From an uncultured archaeon (lineage in GTDB: Archaea > Thermoproteota > Nitrososphaeria > Nitrososphaerales > Gagatemarchaeaceae): 64,000 bases of DNA. The position numbers and the translations under genes were made by a program. This document shows positions 9,221 to 20,181 of this stretch, in pieces. Within the stretch, counting starts at the first letter, position 1. Every line of letters begins with the position of its first letter. The stretch lies in contig CAWFOU010000001.1 of assembly GCA_963817525.1 (NCBI GenBank), forward strand, positions 480,001 through 544,000, in the 5' to 3' direction. The notes under the pieces were generated by a model, which was not told where the DNA came from, made no database searches, and saw only the letters and a program-made list of their open reading frames with translations.

Positions 9221-9374
9221 CGCACAAGAGTCATGGCCGGATTGACGTTTTTCGCTCTCGCTGACAACATTTTATGCCTTTCTTCGTGATTTTGCTAAGA
9301 TTCCTTGAAATTAGCATATAAAGTGAATGGAGCAGAAATCTATCCGTCGATTTCGGACTGGCACGGAGTCCATG

Positions 9375-9617
9375 TCACGCCTGGATCTCGTCCTTCAGTC
9401 CGTGGATCTTCTCCAGGTGCACTTTGAAAGTCGAGGTGTCCCTCTCCGTCATCCCCGCGAGGGTGGGGTAGAGGCCCAGCACGAACCAGCAGAAAGAGCA
9501 GCTCGTGCTCGACTGCGCCTTGGCGTGGACGTTCACCGAGTACGCCTTCCTTCCGCCCACGGATGCGTCTGTTGCGATTCTGTCGTTGTTCATGTCGCTT
9601 GCATCATCAATGAGCAT
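9375..9617 (-). CDS. Small C2H2-like zinc-finger protein
   Basis: CSFCWFVL...HLEKIHGLKDEIQA; close paralog of 22029..22262. Confidence 0.75.
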   Translation of the reverse strand: MLIDDASDMNNDRIATDASVGGRKAYSVNVHAKAQSSTSCSFCWFVLGLYPTLAGMTERDTSTFKVHLEKIHGLKDEIQA

Positions 9618-9835
9618 TGGCGCGCTACTTCTGGATTCTAGCCGAAGACGGCATGAAGGTCGCCGGGATTTGTGGAATTCGCGAGGAGGTCAGGACTGGA
9701 TTTCGCTTCCATTGCGACCGGCAGCATACTCAAGGTTGGGCTTCTCGAACCAAATAATGGCGGGGCGCGGCGGCGTTCGAAGACGACGACAGTCTCGCGC
9801 TCTGGCGTATCCACAGCGGGAATCGTTGTAGGACG

Positions 9836-12800
9836 CTATGTGTGCTGGAACGTCATGAAGACGGCGTTCACATAGTCCGTGACCTCGATCGTATAGTAGC
9901 CCGCTGTGGCCGTCGGGACCGAGAAGGTGACGCCCGACGGGATATTGCCCGACGCGGTCGTAGTGAAGGTGGCCAGCGTCGTCATCTGTCCTTCCGAGTT
10001 TATCCAGCCTATTATCGCAGTGGAGCTGGCGTCGAAGTCGCACGGGGCCGTGCAGCTCACGGTGACCGTGGCTCCTGTCGAGCCCGCCGTCGGGGTCGTG
10101 TAGGCGTTTGACTCGGTGATTATACCATACGGGTAGGGGACCGTCTCTCCCATGAGGGTCCCGTCGCTGAATATGCCTGTGAGGGCGAAGTACGCCTCGA
10201 AGGGCGTCCCGTAGTTGTTGCCGAACGGCTGGGTCGTGGAGCCGAGGGCAGCCGTGGCGGCGAAGTAGATGGTCGTCGGGACGTCGTAAGCGAGCGTCAG
10301 GAACTGGCCCGTGATCGAAGTATACGCGTTCACGGTCGTCGAGCCGGGGTTCAGCCCGTCGATGATGTAGTAGTGGGCCTGAATGTAGCCTAGGTCGTAC
10401 GTGTTGCTCTCCTTGGAGCCTATGGCTATCTCGCTCTGCGGCCAGAGGGTGAGCGCGCGATGCTGCGAGTCCACGTTGGTGAAGGTCGCCTCCCAGACCA
10501 GCACCGCGCTCGCGGGCACCCCCATGGTGGGGTAGCCGCCCACCTGGATGCCGCTCTGTGGGTCGAAGGGCGTGCTGAACGACATCGAGGCCTCCACCCA
10601 GGGGGACGAGGTGCCAAGAGTTATCGGTATTGTGTTCGCCGAGCCTCCGTCAGTGTTCGACGAGTCGTACTCGCTGCACCCCTCCACCGAGGTGCACGTG
10701 CCGCCGAGCGTGAACCCGCTCCCGGCGGTGAAGGAGTTTGAACCGGCGATGCCCTCGGCGTTCCCGACGATGAACGAGTCGGTGGAGGGGGTGTAGGCGG
10801 TGACCGCGGCGCCCGTCGAACTCGTGGAGGAGCTTCCTGTCGACGACAGAAAGTTCGACGTTGTGTACCCGTTGATCTCGTAGATCGAGACGGAGCCGGC
10901 CACCGTAGAGCCGAACGCCGTCGTTATCGTGTCGGCGCCCGAGGTTGCGGCCGTGGCGTACCAGATGTACGAGTAGTAGTTGGTGACGATGGGGGAAAAG
11001 ACCACTGCCGCTTCGACCCAGGGTTCGGAGGGGCTGATGGACATCGGGACTGTGGTGGCCGTCCCCACGCCCGTCTGGTACTCCCCGCAACCGGTGACCG
11101 AGCTGCACGTCCCAGAGAGTGTGTAGCCGGTGCCCGCAGTGTAGACCGTGGAAGTAGTCTCCGCGTTACCGATCACCACGGAACCAGTGGTGGGGGTGAT
11201 CGACGTGACAGAAGCCGTCGACTGGCGCTCGTCGTGGAGCTCCCGGTGGAAGTGAGGAGGCCGGTCGGGGTCACCCCGCTTATCTCGTATATCGAAACAG
11301 CGCCTGCGACCGTAGAGCCGAACGAGGCCGTTATCGTATCGGCGCCAGAGCTTCCAGCGGTCGCGTAGTAGATGTACGAGTAGTACGTGTTGGTCGCGAG
11401 CGGCGTGAAGGACAGCGCGGCCTCCACCCACGGCTTCGACGCGCTCATCGTGAACGGGGTCGTGGTCGCCGAGCCCAGACCCAACTCGTACTCGCTGCAC
11501 CCCCCTGATGCGTCGCTTGCGTCGCAGCCCCCGCTCCCCGAGGCCACCGTGGTGTAGCCGCTGCCCACCGTGTACGTTGTCGTTGCAGCCCCCGTCTCCA
11601 CGTTGCCCACGACGAAGGAGTTCGAGTTAGGGGTGAACGAGCCCACGCTGGCCGCCGTCGAGCCGGCGGAGGAACTGCCCGTCGAGGAGAGAAGGCCAGA
11701 CGTCGAGTAGCCGGTGATCTCGTAAATGGATACTGAGCCTGACACTGCTCTGTTGAAGGTCGCCGTTATCGTGTTGGCGCCCGAGCTCGCCGCGGTGGCG
11801 TACCAGATGTAGGAATAGTAACGGGGGCCCGGACCCGAACGATATCGCCGATTCGACCCAGGACGGTGACGTCCCAAGGTTGGTCGAAACGGTCGTGGAG
11901 CCAGACGAGCCGGACTCGTACTCGCTGCACCCGTACACGTTGGTGCACGTCCCCACTAGGGTATAGCCCCCTCCGTTGCTGAAAGTCGTCGAGCCCGCAT
12001 CGGTCTCCGTGTTGCCGATGACCACGGAATTAGCGACTGGAGTGAAGGAGGTGACAGTCGCCGTGTTCGACCCGCCGCTCGAGCTGCCCGTGGAGGTTAG
12101 CAACCCAGCCGCGGTCGCCCCGCTGATCTCGTATATCGAGACCGAGCCGGTCACGGAGGAGCCGAAGGAGGCCGTGATCGTGTCCGAGCCAGAGCTAAGC
12201 GCGTTGGCGTACCAGACGTATGAGTAGTACGTGACCGAGGCGACCGTGACGGAGTTGGAGACCCCGAGGACGAAGGCGTCGCCGAGCGTGTCAGTGGGGG
12301 TCGACGGAGCAGCGACTCCATACCACCCTAGGCCGAAGACCAGCAAGTTCCCCTCGGTCACCGCGGAAGAGTAGCCCAAGCCGCACGAAGACGAGTTGCA
12401 GTTCGACGCGTATTTGTGCTGGACGACCGTGGGCGTGCCAGCGCTCCCAGAGACGGACTGCGATGCCCCAATGGAGTAGGCATCGCCGAGGGTGTCAGTC
12501 ACCGTGGGGACGCCGCTCCCAGAGGACGTGCTGCCCAGCGAGGTCGATGGCATCACGCCGCTTGGCGGGTAGGCCCACGCTCGCATGAAGTTGTAGTATA
12601 TCGTGACCGAGTAGCCGTTCGAGGTGTATGATATCTGTCCTAGGTACAGGTGCGTGGCGCTGCTCATCGGGTTGCTGGTGACAGTGCCCGAGTCTCCCCC
12701 GGTCGCCGAGTAGAGCTGTGGCGCTATGTACGCGCTCCACGATGACGCGCCGGAGCCCGTGTAGGTCAAGGTGGCGTACAGCCAGCTCGAAGTGGCCGTA

Positions 12801-14689
12801 CCAGCTGCATTGGTGTCTTCTGTCGCCGTGCCGCCGCTGATGTAGTCTTGGTCGAAGTAGGCTTCACCGTACCCGCAGTTTCCGCTGATCGCGTCGTTGA
12901 CGCTGGATGCCGCCACGTTGTTGGCCAGTCCGACCGCCCCGGTGTCCGTACCCGTGTACGGGGAGTTCTCCGTGCACCCAGGGGACGAGAAGCTCGTCTC
13001 GGCGACAAGGCCGGCGTTGCTCATCGCCGTAGCGAAGACGAACGCGGGATTCGCCCCGTTGTAGCCAGTCAGCTTCAGAGCGTTGATGGTGGTTCCTCCC
13101 GGCCCGCCCACGCCCGTAGACTGCGAGAGCGTGTACCCGCTGTAGATCGAGAAGCTCGAGGTCGCCGTGTTCCCGTCGAAGTACGCGGTGAAGACGTTGG
13201 CCCCGTTGTCGTACTGGGCGTAGGTGGCGCTGAGCTGCGGCGCCTCGCCCCAGTAGTTGCCGTCGAAGTTCCCTGAGGTCCCCTCGAAGACCATGTATAT
13301 CGTGAGCGTCCCTCCGCTCGCCCCGATCGACAAGGTCAGCTTGACCCACGCCGTGGCCGAGGTCGATGTGGACCCGGCCGAACTGCACGTGTTCGAACAG
13401 GACTCCAACCAAGAGTAGAGAGGCGTGACGCATTGGCTGTCGGCACAGAACCTGACGTTGCCCAGGTTGGTCGCCTCGTAAGAGGAGTAGGTGGCCGGGT
13501 CCCACGTCACCATCTGCTGGAAGGGGTTCGGGGTGGCGGACGACTGGCTGTTGGTTATCGTTATCGGCACGTAGCTGTACTGTTGACTGGACGGCCAGCC
13601 GAGGCCGAGGACCAGCGTGTTGCCGGCAGTGACCGACGACGAGTACGCCAGCGAGCACGTCGAGGAGCTGCAGTCGGAGAGATACCTGTGCTGGACCACG
13701 GAGGGTGTGTTAGGGGTTATTGTCAAGGACTGCGACGCACCGAGAGTGAAAGTGTCCCCGCGGGTGTCGGTCGGGGCGGAAGGGGGGCTCTGGTTGGCCC
13801 ACCCGACGGCATACACCAGCGTGTGTCCCGCTGCGACGTTCGACGAGAAGGCCAGCCCGCAAGACACTGCGTTGCAGTTCGAGGTATACTTGTCCTGTAC
13901 CAGGGCGGGGGTCGAAGCTTCCGCCACCGATGACGAAACGCCTAGCTTGAACACGTCGCCGCGGGTGTCGGTGGGCACTCCCGAGGGCGGCGCGTTGCTT
14001 CCCCAGCCCACCGCGTCGACCAATATGTTCCCTGCCGTCACCGAGGAGGAGTATGCGAGTGCGCAGTTAGCTGAGTTGCAGTTGGCGACGTAGTTCTTCT
14101 GCACTAGAGAGGAGGCCTCAGGGAGCAGCTGCACCCACTTTAGGTTGTCGAGGTTGACCGACACGGCCTGGGTAGACCCGGTGTCGGAGGCCGGCTCGGG
14201 GTAGGTCTGAGTATAGGTGTTCCCGCGCGCCGTGAGCACCTTCAGGGTGTCCGTCGTCCCAGGAGTGTAGACATATCCGGTGTCGATGGTGGAAGACCCC
14301 TTGCCGGCATCGATTGTCTCCCACAGGGTGGGAGTGGAGTTGGTGCACCCGGACCCCGCCGGGAACCCGACCCCGTCGCACTTTAGCAGGGCGCCCGTCG
14401 AGGAGAGGACGAGGACTGCGGTCATGTTTACAGTGATCGAAGAGGTATCGTTTGCGAAGAACCCGACGTCTCCGTCGACCTCGAGAAGGGTGGTGACGGT
14501 GAGGCTCTCGGTCTGCCTTCCCTGGATCTTGTTAGCCGCGGCGAGCAGGCTCGTGGAGTACGCCGCGTTCTGCGAGTTCACATAGATGTAGTATGACGTC
14601 CCGACCGAGAACATTATCGCGAATATGATGACGATGGCGACGATGCCCGCTATCCCTCGCCTGCCTTTCCCCCTGCGCCCCATCTTCAT
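9836..14689 (-). CDS. Giant pilin-headed adhesin 2 with DUF2341-like domain and nested repeats (frameshifts near 11830 and 11225)
   Basis: Class III-like signal peptide GKGRRG/IAGIVAIVIIF; three ORF pieces are collinear with the intact paralog 14720..20173 and end in the same VFMTFQHT. Confidence 0.85.
10863..11137. repeat. About 275-bp identical block shared with 15741..16015
   Basis: Direct comparison by eye found no mismatch. Confidence 0.85.
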
Positions 14690-14719
14690 CTTTGGTCACT
14701 CGTCCCCCTCGCAGGCCCG

Positions 14720-17700
14720 CTACGTGTGCTGGAACGTCATGAAGACCGAGTTGGTGTAGTCGGTCACCACGATAGTGTAGTAGCCCGCCGTGGCCGTGGG
14801 GACCGAGAAGGTGACGCCCGAGGGTATGTTGCCCGACGCGGTCATCGTAAAGGTGGTCAATGCCGTCATCTGCCCCGCAGAGTTTATCCACCCGACCTCC
14901 CCCTTCGCGTTGTCGGTGAAGTCGCACGGCGAAGTGCAGCTCACCGTGACCGTAGCGCTGGTGGAGCCCACCGTAGGGGTAGTGTATGCGTTCGCGTCGG
15001 TGATTATTCCGTAGGGATACGGGATGGTCTCCCCGAACAATGTCCCGTCGCTCATTATGCCGGAGAGGGCGAAGTACGCCTCGAAGGGCGTGAGGACGTT
15101 GGTCCCGAACGCCTGGGTCGTGGAGCCGAGCGCCGCAGTGGAGGCGAAGTAGAGGGTCGTCGGGACGTTGTAAGCTAGCGTGATGAAGGCGCTGGTCGAA
15201 TATGCGTTCACGGTCGTCGACCCCGAGTTCAGCCCGGAGATGAGGTAGTAGTGGGCCTGTGTGTAATCGATGTCGAACCCGTCGAACTCGGCAGAGCCGA
15301 TTGCCATCTCTGTCTGCGGCCAGATCGTGATGGCCCTGTGCAGCGGGTCGACGTTTGTGAACGTCACCTCCCATACGATGTCGGCGCCGCTCGGCACTCC
15401 CATGGTGGGGTAGCCGCCCACCTGGATGCCGCTCTGAGGGTTGAAGGGCGTGCTGAACGACATCGAGGCTTCCACCCAGGGGCTCGAGACGCTCAAGGTG
15501 ATCGGGACGGTGTTTGCCGCGCCGCCGTCGGTATTCGACGAGTCGTACTCGCTGCACCCCTCCACCGAGGTACAGGTGCCTGCGATCGTGAACCCGGTCG
15601 ACGCCGTGTAGTGCGTGGTCGCCGATACGGCCTCAGCGTTCCCGACGATGAAGGAGTCTGTGGCTGGCGTGTAGGAGGTTACCGCAGCGGTCGTTGAGCC
15701 CGTGGACGAGCTGCCCGTCGATGAGAGCGCCCCCGAGGTCGTGTACCCGTTGATCTCGTAGATCGAGACGGAGCCGGCCACCGTAGAGCCGAACGCCGTC
15801 GTTATCGTGTCGGCGCCCGAGGTTGCGGCCGTGGCGTACCAGATGTACGAGTAGTAGTTGGTGACGATGGGGGAAAAGACCACTGCCGCTTCGACCCAGG
15901 GTTCGGAGGGGCTGATGGACATCGGGACTGTGGTGGCCGTCCCCACGCCCGTCTGGTACTCCCCGCAACCGGTGACCGAGCTGCACGTCCCAGAGAGTGT
16001 GTAGCCGGTGCCCGCCGTGTAGGTGGTAGAGGGGGTCTCGGAATTCCCTATCACCACCGAGCCGGCCAGGTTCGGAGTCACAGACGAGACAGAGGTGCTC
16101 GCCTGGGCGGACGATGAGCCGCCGGTCGAGGTGAGAAGCCCCGTCGCGGTCACCCCGCTTATCTCGTATATCGAGACGGAGCCCGCGACAGTGCTGCCGA
16201 AGGATGCGGAGATCGTGTCTGCGCCCGAGCTCCCCGCGGTCGCGTAGTAGATGTAGGAGTAATACGTGCTAGCGGGCAGAGGAGAGAAGGACAAGGCGAC
16301 ATCCACCCAGGGAGTCGAGGCGCTGAGCGTGAAGGGCGTGGTGGTGGCCGAGCCGAGCCCTGCCTCGTACTCGCCGCAACCCTGCACTGAGCTGCAGGTA
16401 CCGGAGAGGGTGTAGCCGCTGCCGACGGTGAAGGTGGTGGTCGCCGAGCCGGCCTCGACGTTGCCAACCACAAAAGAGTTGGAATTGGGTGTGAATGAGC
16501 CCACGCTCGCGGACGTCGAACCCGCAGACGAGCTCCCGGTTGAGGAGAGCGTTGCCGAGGTAGTCGCCCCGTTGACCTCGTAGATCGATACTGTGCCCTG
16601 CACCGGGACCGAGTAGGCCGCGGTTATCGTGTCCGCGCCCGAGCTCCCCGCGGTCGCGTAGTAGATGTAGGAGTAGTATGTTGTAGTCGAAGGCTCGAAA
16701 GTCATCGCGCTCTCGACCCATGTGGCAGACGGGCTCATCGACATCGAGACCGTCGTTGCAGAGCCTACCCCCGTCTCGTATTCGCCGCATCCGTAGACCG
16801 AGCTACAGGTGCCGGCGAGCGTATACCCCGAACCCGCCGTGAACGTCGTCGAGGCCGTCTCGGTGTCGCCGATGACCACAGAGCTGGAGCTCGGGGTGAT
16901 GGAGGAGACTGATGAAGTCGCCCCAGCCGTGGACGAGCTTCCAAACGATGTGAGCGCGGGCGCAACGCCGCTGATCTCGTATATGGATACCGAGGCCGTA
17001 ACCGTGGAGCCAAAGCTGGCGGTTATCGTGTCCGCCCCTGAGCTGGCCGCGGCGGCGTACCAGATGTAAGAGTAGTACGTCGTGGCCGCCGTGACTGCGT
17101 CGGTCACCTCCGCCCCGTACGTATTGCTGCCGCCGCACGAGGTGGCCAGGTTCGACTGGGTGGAGGTCACAGTATTGTAGGCAACATACTCGTCGATCGT
17201 GTAGCCGCCGTTGGATTCCACCGACGTCCAGCCGTTGGGATTGCCCCCGGCATAGGCCGAGCAGGCGTAGATCAGTATGTCGTTCGCGTTCGAGGTGGAC
17301 ATCGTCGTGGAGGGGTTGCTGGTCGCCGCGTCGGTCGCGGGGACCGAGCCGTTCGGGTCGAACGGGCTGGCCGTGTTGGCCCCGCTTATCCCGAAGACCG
17401 TCATCCAGACCTCCTCGTTAGCCGTTCCGGAGAGCGTCGCGGTTATCGTGGCGGAGCTAAGGGTGGAAGACGCCACCGCGTACCACTCGTCCACGTTCTG
17501 GTAGTACTGGGCGCCCTCCTCGACGGCGCCGGTCTCCCTGCTGTGCCAGGTGAGCCCCCCTCCGGACATGCTAGAGACCGTCGGGGGACTGGTCGGCTCC
17601 TGAGTGACCGGGCTTATGTACGCGATTATGATGTCGTTCGCATGGCTCGTCGTGAGGGTCGTGGCTATGGAAGCGGCGCTCCCCGACTCTGCGGAGTTAG

Positions 17701-20173
17701 AGCCGTCTATGGCCAAGGTGCCCGTGCCCCCTATCTGGACGGAGTTGGACGCCCCAAGGGTGAAAGTGTCTCCTAGCGTGTCGGTGGGCGTGGAGGGCGC
17801 GGTCGCTCCAAACCATCCAAGTCCAAAGACGAGCATGTTCCCCGCCGTGACGGAGGAAGAGTATGCCAGCCCGCACGAGGCCGAGTTGCAGTTCGAGGCG
17901 TATCTGTGCTGGACCAGCGCGGGCGTGGAGGCGCCACCCGCGACTGACGACGAAGCTCCTAGATTGAAGGTGTCCCCGAGCGTGTCGCTGAGGGTAGGTG
18001 CGGCGTTGCCCGCGGGGCTGCCGAAGGCGACCGAAGGCATGACGTCGCTAGGAGGATAGTACCTCGCCCGCATGAAGTTGTACTCTATGTCGACGGCCGA
18101 GCTTCCGCCGATCGAGCCCATGTAGACGTTGGTCGCTCCGCTGATCGGATTTGTGAGGGTGTCAGTGCCTGAATACCCTGTCCCGGCGCTTTGACCCGGC
18201 GTCCCATAGAGCGTTGGAGTGATCTGCGCGTAGAACGAGGTCTCGCTTGAGCCCGTGTATGTCAGGCTGCCGTATAGCCAGGTCCCCGTGGCTGGCGATG
18301 CCCCGGCGCCGTTCGTGGGCTCGGTCATCGCACTGGACGTGTCACTGGCTTGGTAGAAGTAGTCGCTCCCGAACCCCTCACCGTAGGCGATTCCGTTGGT
18401 GATGCTGTTTGCAGATGCCGAGTTCACCAGCCCGCCGACGCCAGTGCCGTCGTTCGTGTCAGCGGCGAGGGCGTAGCTCGACTCCACTATCAGGCCCGTG
18501 TTGCTGAGGGCGGTATTGAACGAGAAGAAGGGGTCGTGAGCCGCTGGGTTGTTGGTTATCGCGATAACGTTGATCGTCCCGCCCGTGGGGCCTGTAACGC
18601 CTGTCACCTGTGCCAGTGTGAGGCCCGTATACAGAGTAAAGTCACCGGTCGCAGTGTCGCCGTTGAAGTAAGCGGCGAAGACGTTCGCCCCGTTGTCGTA
18701 TTGTGCATACGTAGAGGATAGCTGAGGCGCCTCGCCCCAGTAGTTGCCGTCGAACTGAGTGGACGTGGACTTGAAGACCATGTAAATCGTGAGCGTGCCT
18801 CCGTTTGCAGCTATCGCCGATGTGAGCTTGACCCATGCCGTGGCGGACGTCGACGCAGATCCGGCGGAGCTGCAGGTGCTAGAGCACGACTCGAGCCAAG
18901 CGTCCAACGGAGTGTTGCAGACTGTGTCCGCGCAGAAGCGGACGTTCCCGAGATTCGTCGCCTCATACGCAGAGTAGGTCGCGGGGTCCCACGTGACCAT
19001 CTGCTGGAAGGCGTTCGGGGTGGCGGACGCCTGGTTGTTCGTGATGGTGATGGGGATGTATTCGTAGAGCGTGCTCGAGTACCACCCGAGTCCGTCCACC
19101 AATGTGTTTGCCGCAGTGACAGACGAGGTGTATGCCAACGCGCACGTTGCCGAGTTGCAGTTTGAGAGGTACTTTTGCTGGACTATCGAGGGGTTTGCGG
19201 CACCCACCGTGACGGAATTTGAGGCGCCGAGCGTGAACGAGTCGCCGCGTGTGTCGGTGGGCGCCGAGGGCGCAGCCTGGTTAGCCCACCCCACCGCGTA
19301 GACGAGCTCGTGCCCCGCGGTTACAGACGAGGTGAAGGCCAGCCCGCATGTCGCCGCGTTGCAGTTAGAGGTGTACTTGTCCTGGACCAGTGCGGGCGAG
19401 GCGGAGATCGCCACGGAAGAGGAAGCGCCGAGGCTGAAGAGGTCGCCACGCGTGTCTGTCGGCACGCCCGCGGGCGGGGCGTTGTTGGCCCACCCTTCAG
19501 CATCGACCAGGATGTTCCCCGCCGTGACCGAGGAGGAGTATGCGAGGGCGCAGTTCGCAGAGTTGCAGTTGGCGACGTAGTTCTTCTGCACCAGGGAGGA
19601 TGCCTCGGGGACCAGCTGGATCCACCTCAGGTTGTCTAGGTTCACCGTCACCGACTGGCTGGACCCGGACTGGGACGCTGGCTCCGGGTAGCTCGCGGCA
19701 TAGTTGTTGCCGCGCGCCGTGAGCACCTTCACCGTGTCGGTCGTGCCCGCGACATAGACGTATCCGGTGTCGAAGGTGCCAGACCCGTCACCCGCGTTCA
19801 CTACCGCCCATAGCGAGGGCGTCGAGTTGCCGCAGCCCGCCCCGGCCGGGAAGCCGATCCCGTCGCACTTTAGCAGGGCGCCCGTCGATGAGATGACGAG
19901 GACCGCCGTCATGTTGACCGTCACCGAAGACGTGTTGTTGACGTAGAAGCCCACGTCCCCGTCCGATTCTAGGGTCGTGGTGACCGAGAGGCTCTCCTGG
20001 AGGGTACCCTGGACCTTGTTGGTCGCTTTGAGGAGGCTCGAGACGTAGCTCGCGTTCTCAGAGCCGATGAAGATGAAGTAGGAAGTCCCGACGGTGAAGA
20101 GGATGGCGAACATGATTACCGTGGCAACGATGCCTGCGATGGCCCTCCTGGAGGTGCGCCTCTCGAACTTCAA
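14720..20173 (-). CDS. Giant pilin-headed adhesin 1 (1817 aa) with DUF2341-like domain and nested repeats
   Basis: RRTSRRA/IAGIVATVIMF class III-like signal peptide; VKVLTARGN pilin-domain motif; YIPITITN..NVRF..WLES..AWVKL..TIYM (DUF2341-like); 4+4 half repeats. Confidence 0.88.
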   Translation of the reverse strand: MKFERRTSRRAIAGIVATVIMFAILFTVGTSYFIFIGSENASYVSSLLKATNKVQGTLQESLSVTTTLESDGDVGFYVNNTSSVTVNMTAVLVISSTGALLKCDGIGFPAGAGCGNSTPSLWAVVNAGDGSGTFDTGYVYVAGTTDTVKVLTARGNNYAASYPEPASQSGSSQSVTVNLDNLRWIQLVPEASSLVQKNYVANCNSANCALAYSSSVTAGNILVDAEGWANNAPPAGVPTDTRGDLFSLGASSSVAISASPALVQDKYTSNCNAATCGLAFTSSVTAGHELVYAVGWANQAAPSAPTDTRGDSFTLGASNSVTVGAANPSIVQQKYLSNCNSATCALAYTSSVTAANTLVDGLGWYSSTLYEYIPITITNNQASATPNAFQQMVTWDPATYSAYEATNLGNVRFCADTVCNTPLDAWLESCSSTCSSAGSASTSATAWVKLTSAIAANGGTLTIYMVFKSTSTQFDGNYWGEAPQLSSTYAQYDNGANVFAAYFNGDTATGDFTLYTGLTLAQVTGVTGPTGGTINVIAITNNPAAHDPFFSFNTALSNTGLIVESSYALAADTNDGTGVGGLVNSASANSITNGIAYGEGFGSDYFYQASDTSSAMTEPTNGAGASPATGTWLYGSLTYTGSSETSFYAQITPTLYGTPGQSAGTGYSGTDTLTNPISGATNVYMGSIGGSSAVDIEYNFMRARYYPPSDVMPSVAFGSPAGNAAPTLSDTLGDTFNLGASSSVAGGASTPALVQHRYASNCNSASCGLAYSSSVTAGNMLVFGLGWFGATAPSTPTDTLGDTFTLGASNSVQIGGTGTLAIDGSNSAESGSAASIATTLTTSHANDIIIAYISPVTQEPTSPPTVSSMSGGGLTWHSRETGAVEEGAQYYQNVDEWYAVASSTLSSATITATLSGTANEEVWMTVFGISGANTASPFDPNGSVPATDAATSNPSTTMSTSNANDILIYACSAYAGGNPNGWTSVESNGGYTIDEYVAYNTVTSTQSNLATSCGGSNTYGAEVTDAVTAATTYYSYIWYAAAASSGADTITASFGSTVTASVSIYEISGVAPALTSFGSSSTAGATSSVSSITPSSSSVVIGDTETASTTFTAGSGYTLAGTCSSVYGCGEYETGVGSATTVSMSMSPSATWVESAMTFEPSTTTYYSYIYYATAGSSGADTITAAYSVPVQGTVSIYEVNGATTSATLSSTGSSSAGSTSASVGSFTPNSNSFVVGNVEAGSATTTFTVGSGYTLSGTCSSVQGCGEYEAGLGSATTTPFTLSASTPWVDVALSFSPLPASTYYSYIYYATAGSSGADTISASFGSTVAGSVSIYEISGVTATGLLTSTGGSSSAQASTSVSSVTPNLAGSVVIGNSETPSTTYTAGTGYTLSGTCSSVTGCGEYQTGVGTATTVPMSISPSEPWVEAAVVFSPIVTNYYSYIWYATAATSGADTITTAFGSTVAGSVSIYEINGYTTSGALSSTGSSSTGSTTAAVTSYTPATDSFIVGNAEAVSATTHYTASTGFTIAGTCTSVEGCSEYDSSNTDGGAANTVPITLSVSSPWVEASMSFSTPFNPQSGIQVGGYPTMGVPSGADIVWEVTFTNVDPLHRAITIWPQTEMAIGSAEFDGFDIDYTQAHYYLISGLNSGSTTVNAYSTSAFITLAYNVPTTLYFASTAALGSTTQAFGTNVLTPFEAYFALSGIMSDGTLFGETIPYPYGIITDANAYTTPTVGSTSATVTVSCTSPCDFTDNAKGEVGWINSAGQMTALTTFTMTASGNIPSGVTFSVPTATAGYYTIVVTDYTNSVFMTFQHT

Positions 20174-20181
20174 GGCTCAGC

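Noticed and set aside
9836-20173. Diversity-generating retroelement template/variable repeat pair
   Set aside because: No reverse transcriptase in the window; the shared block is identical rather than adenine-mutated, and both copies are coding.
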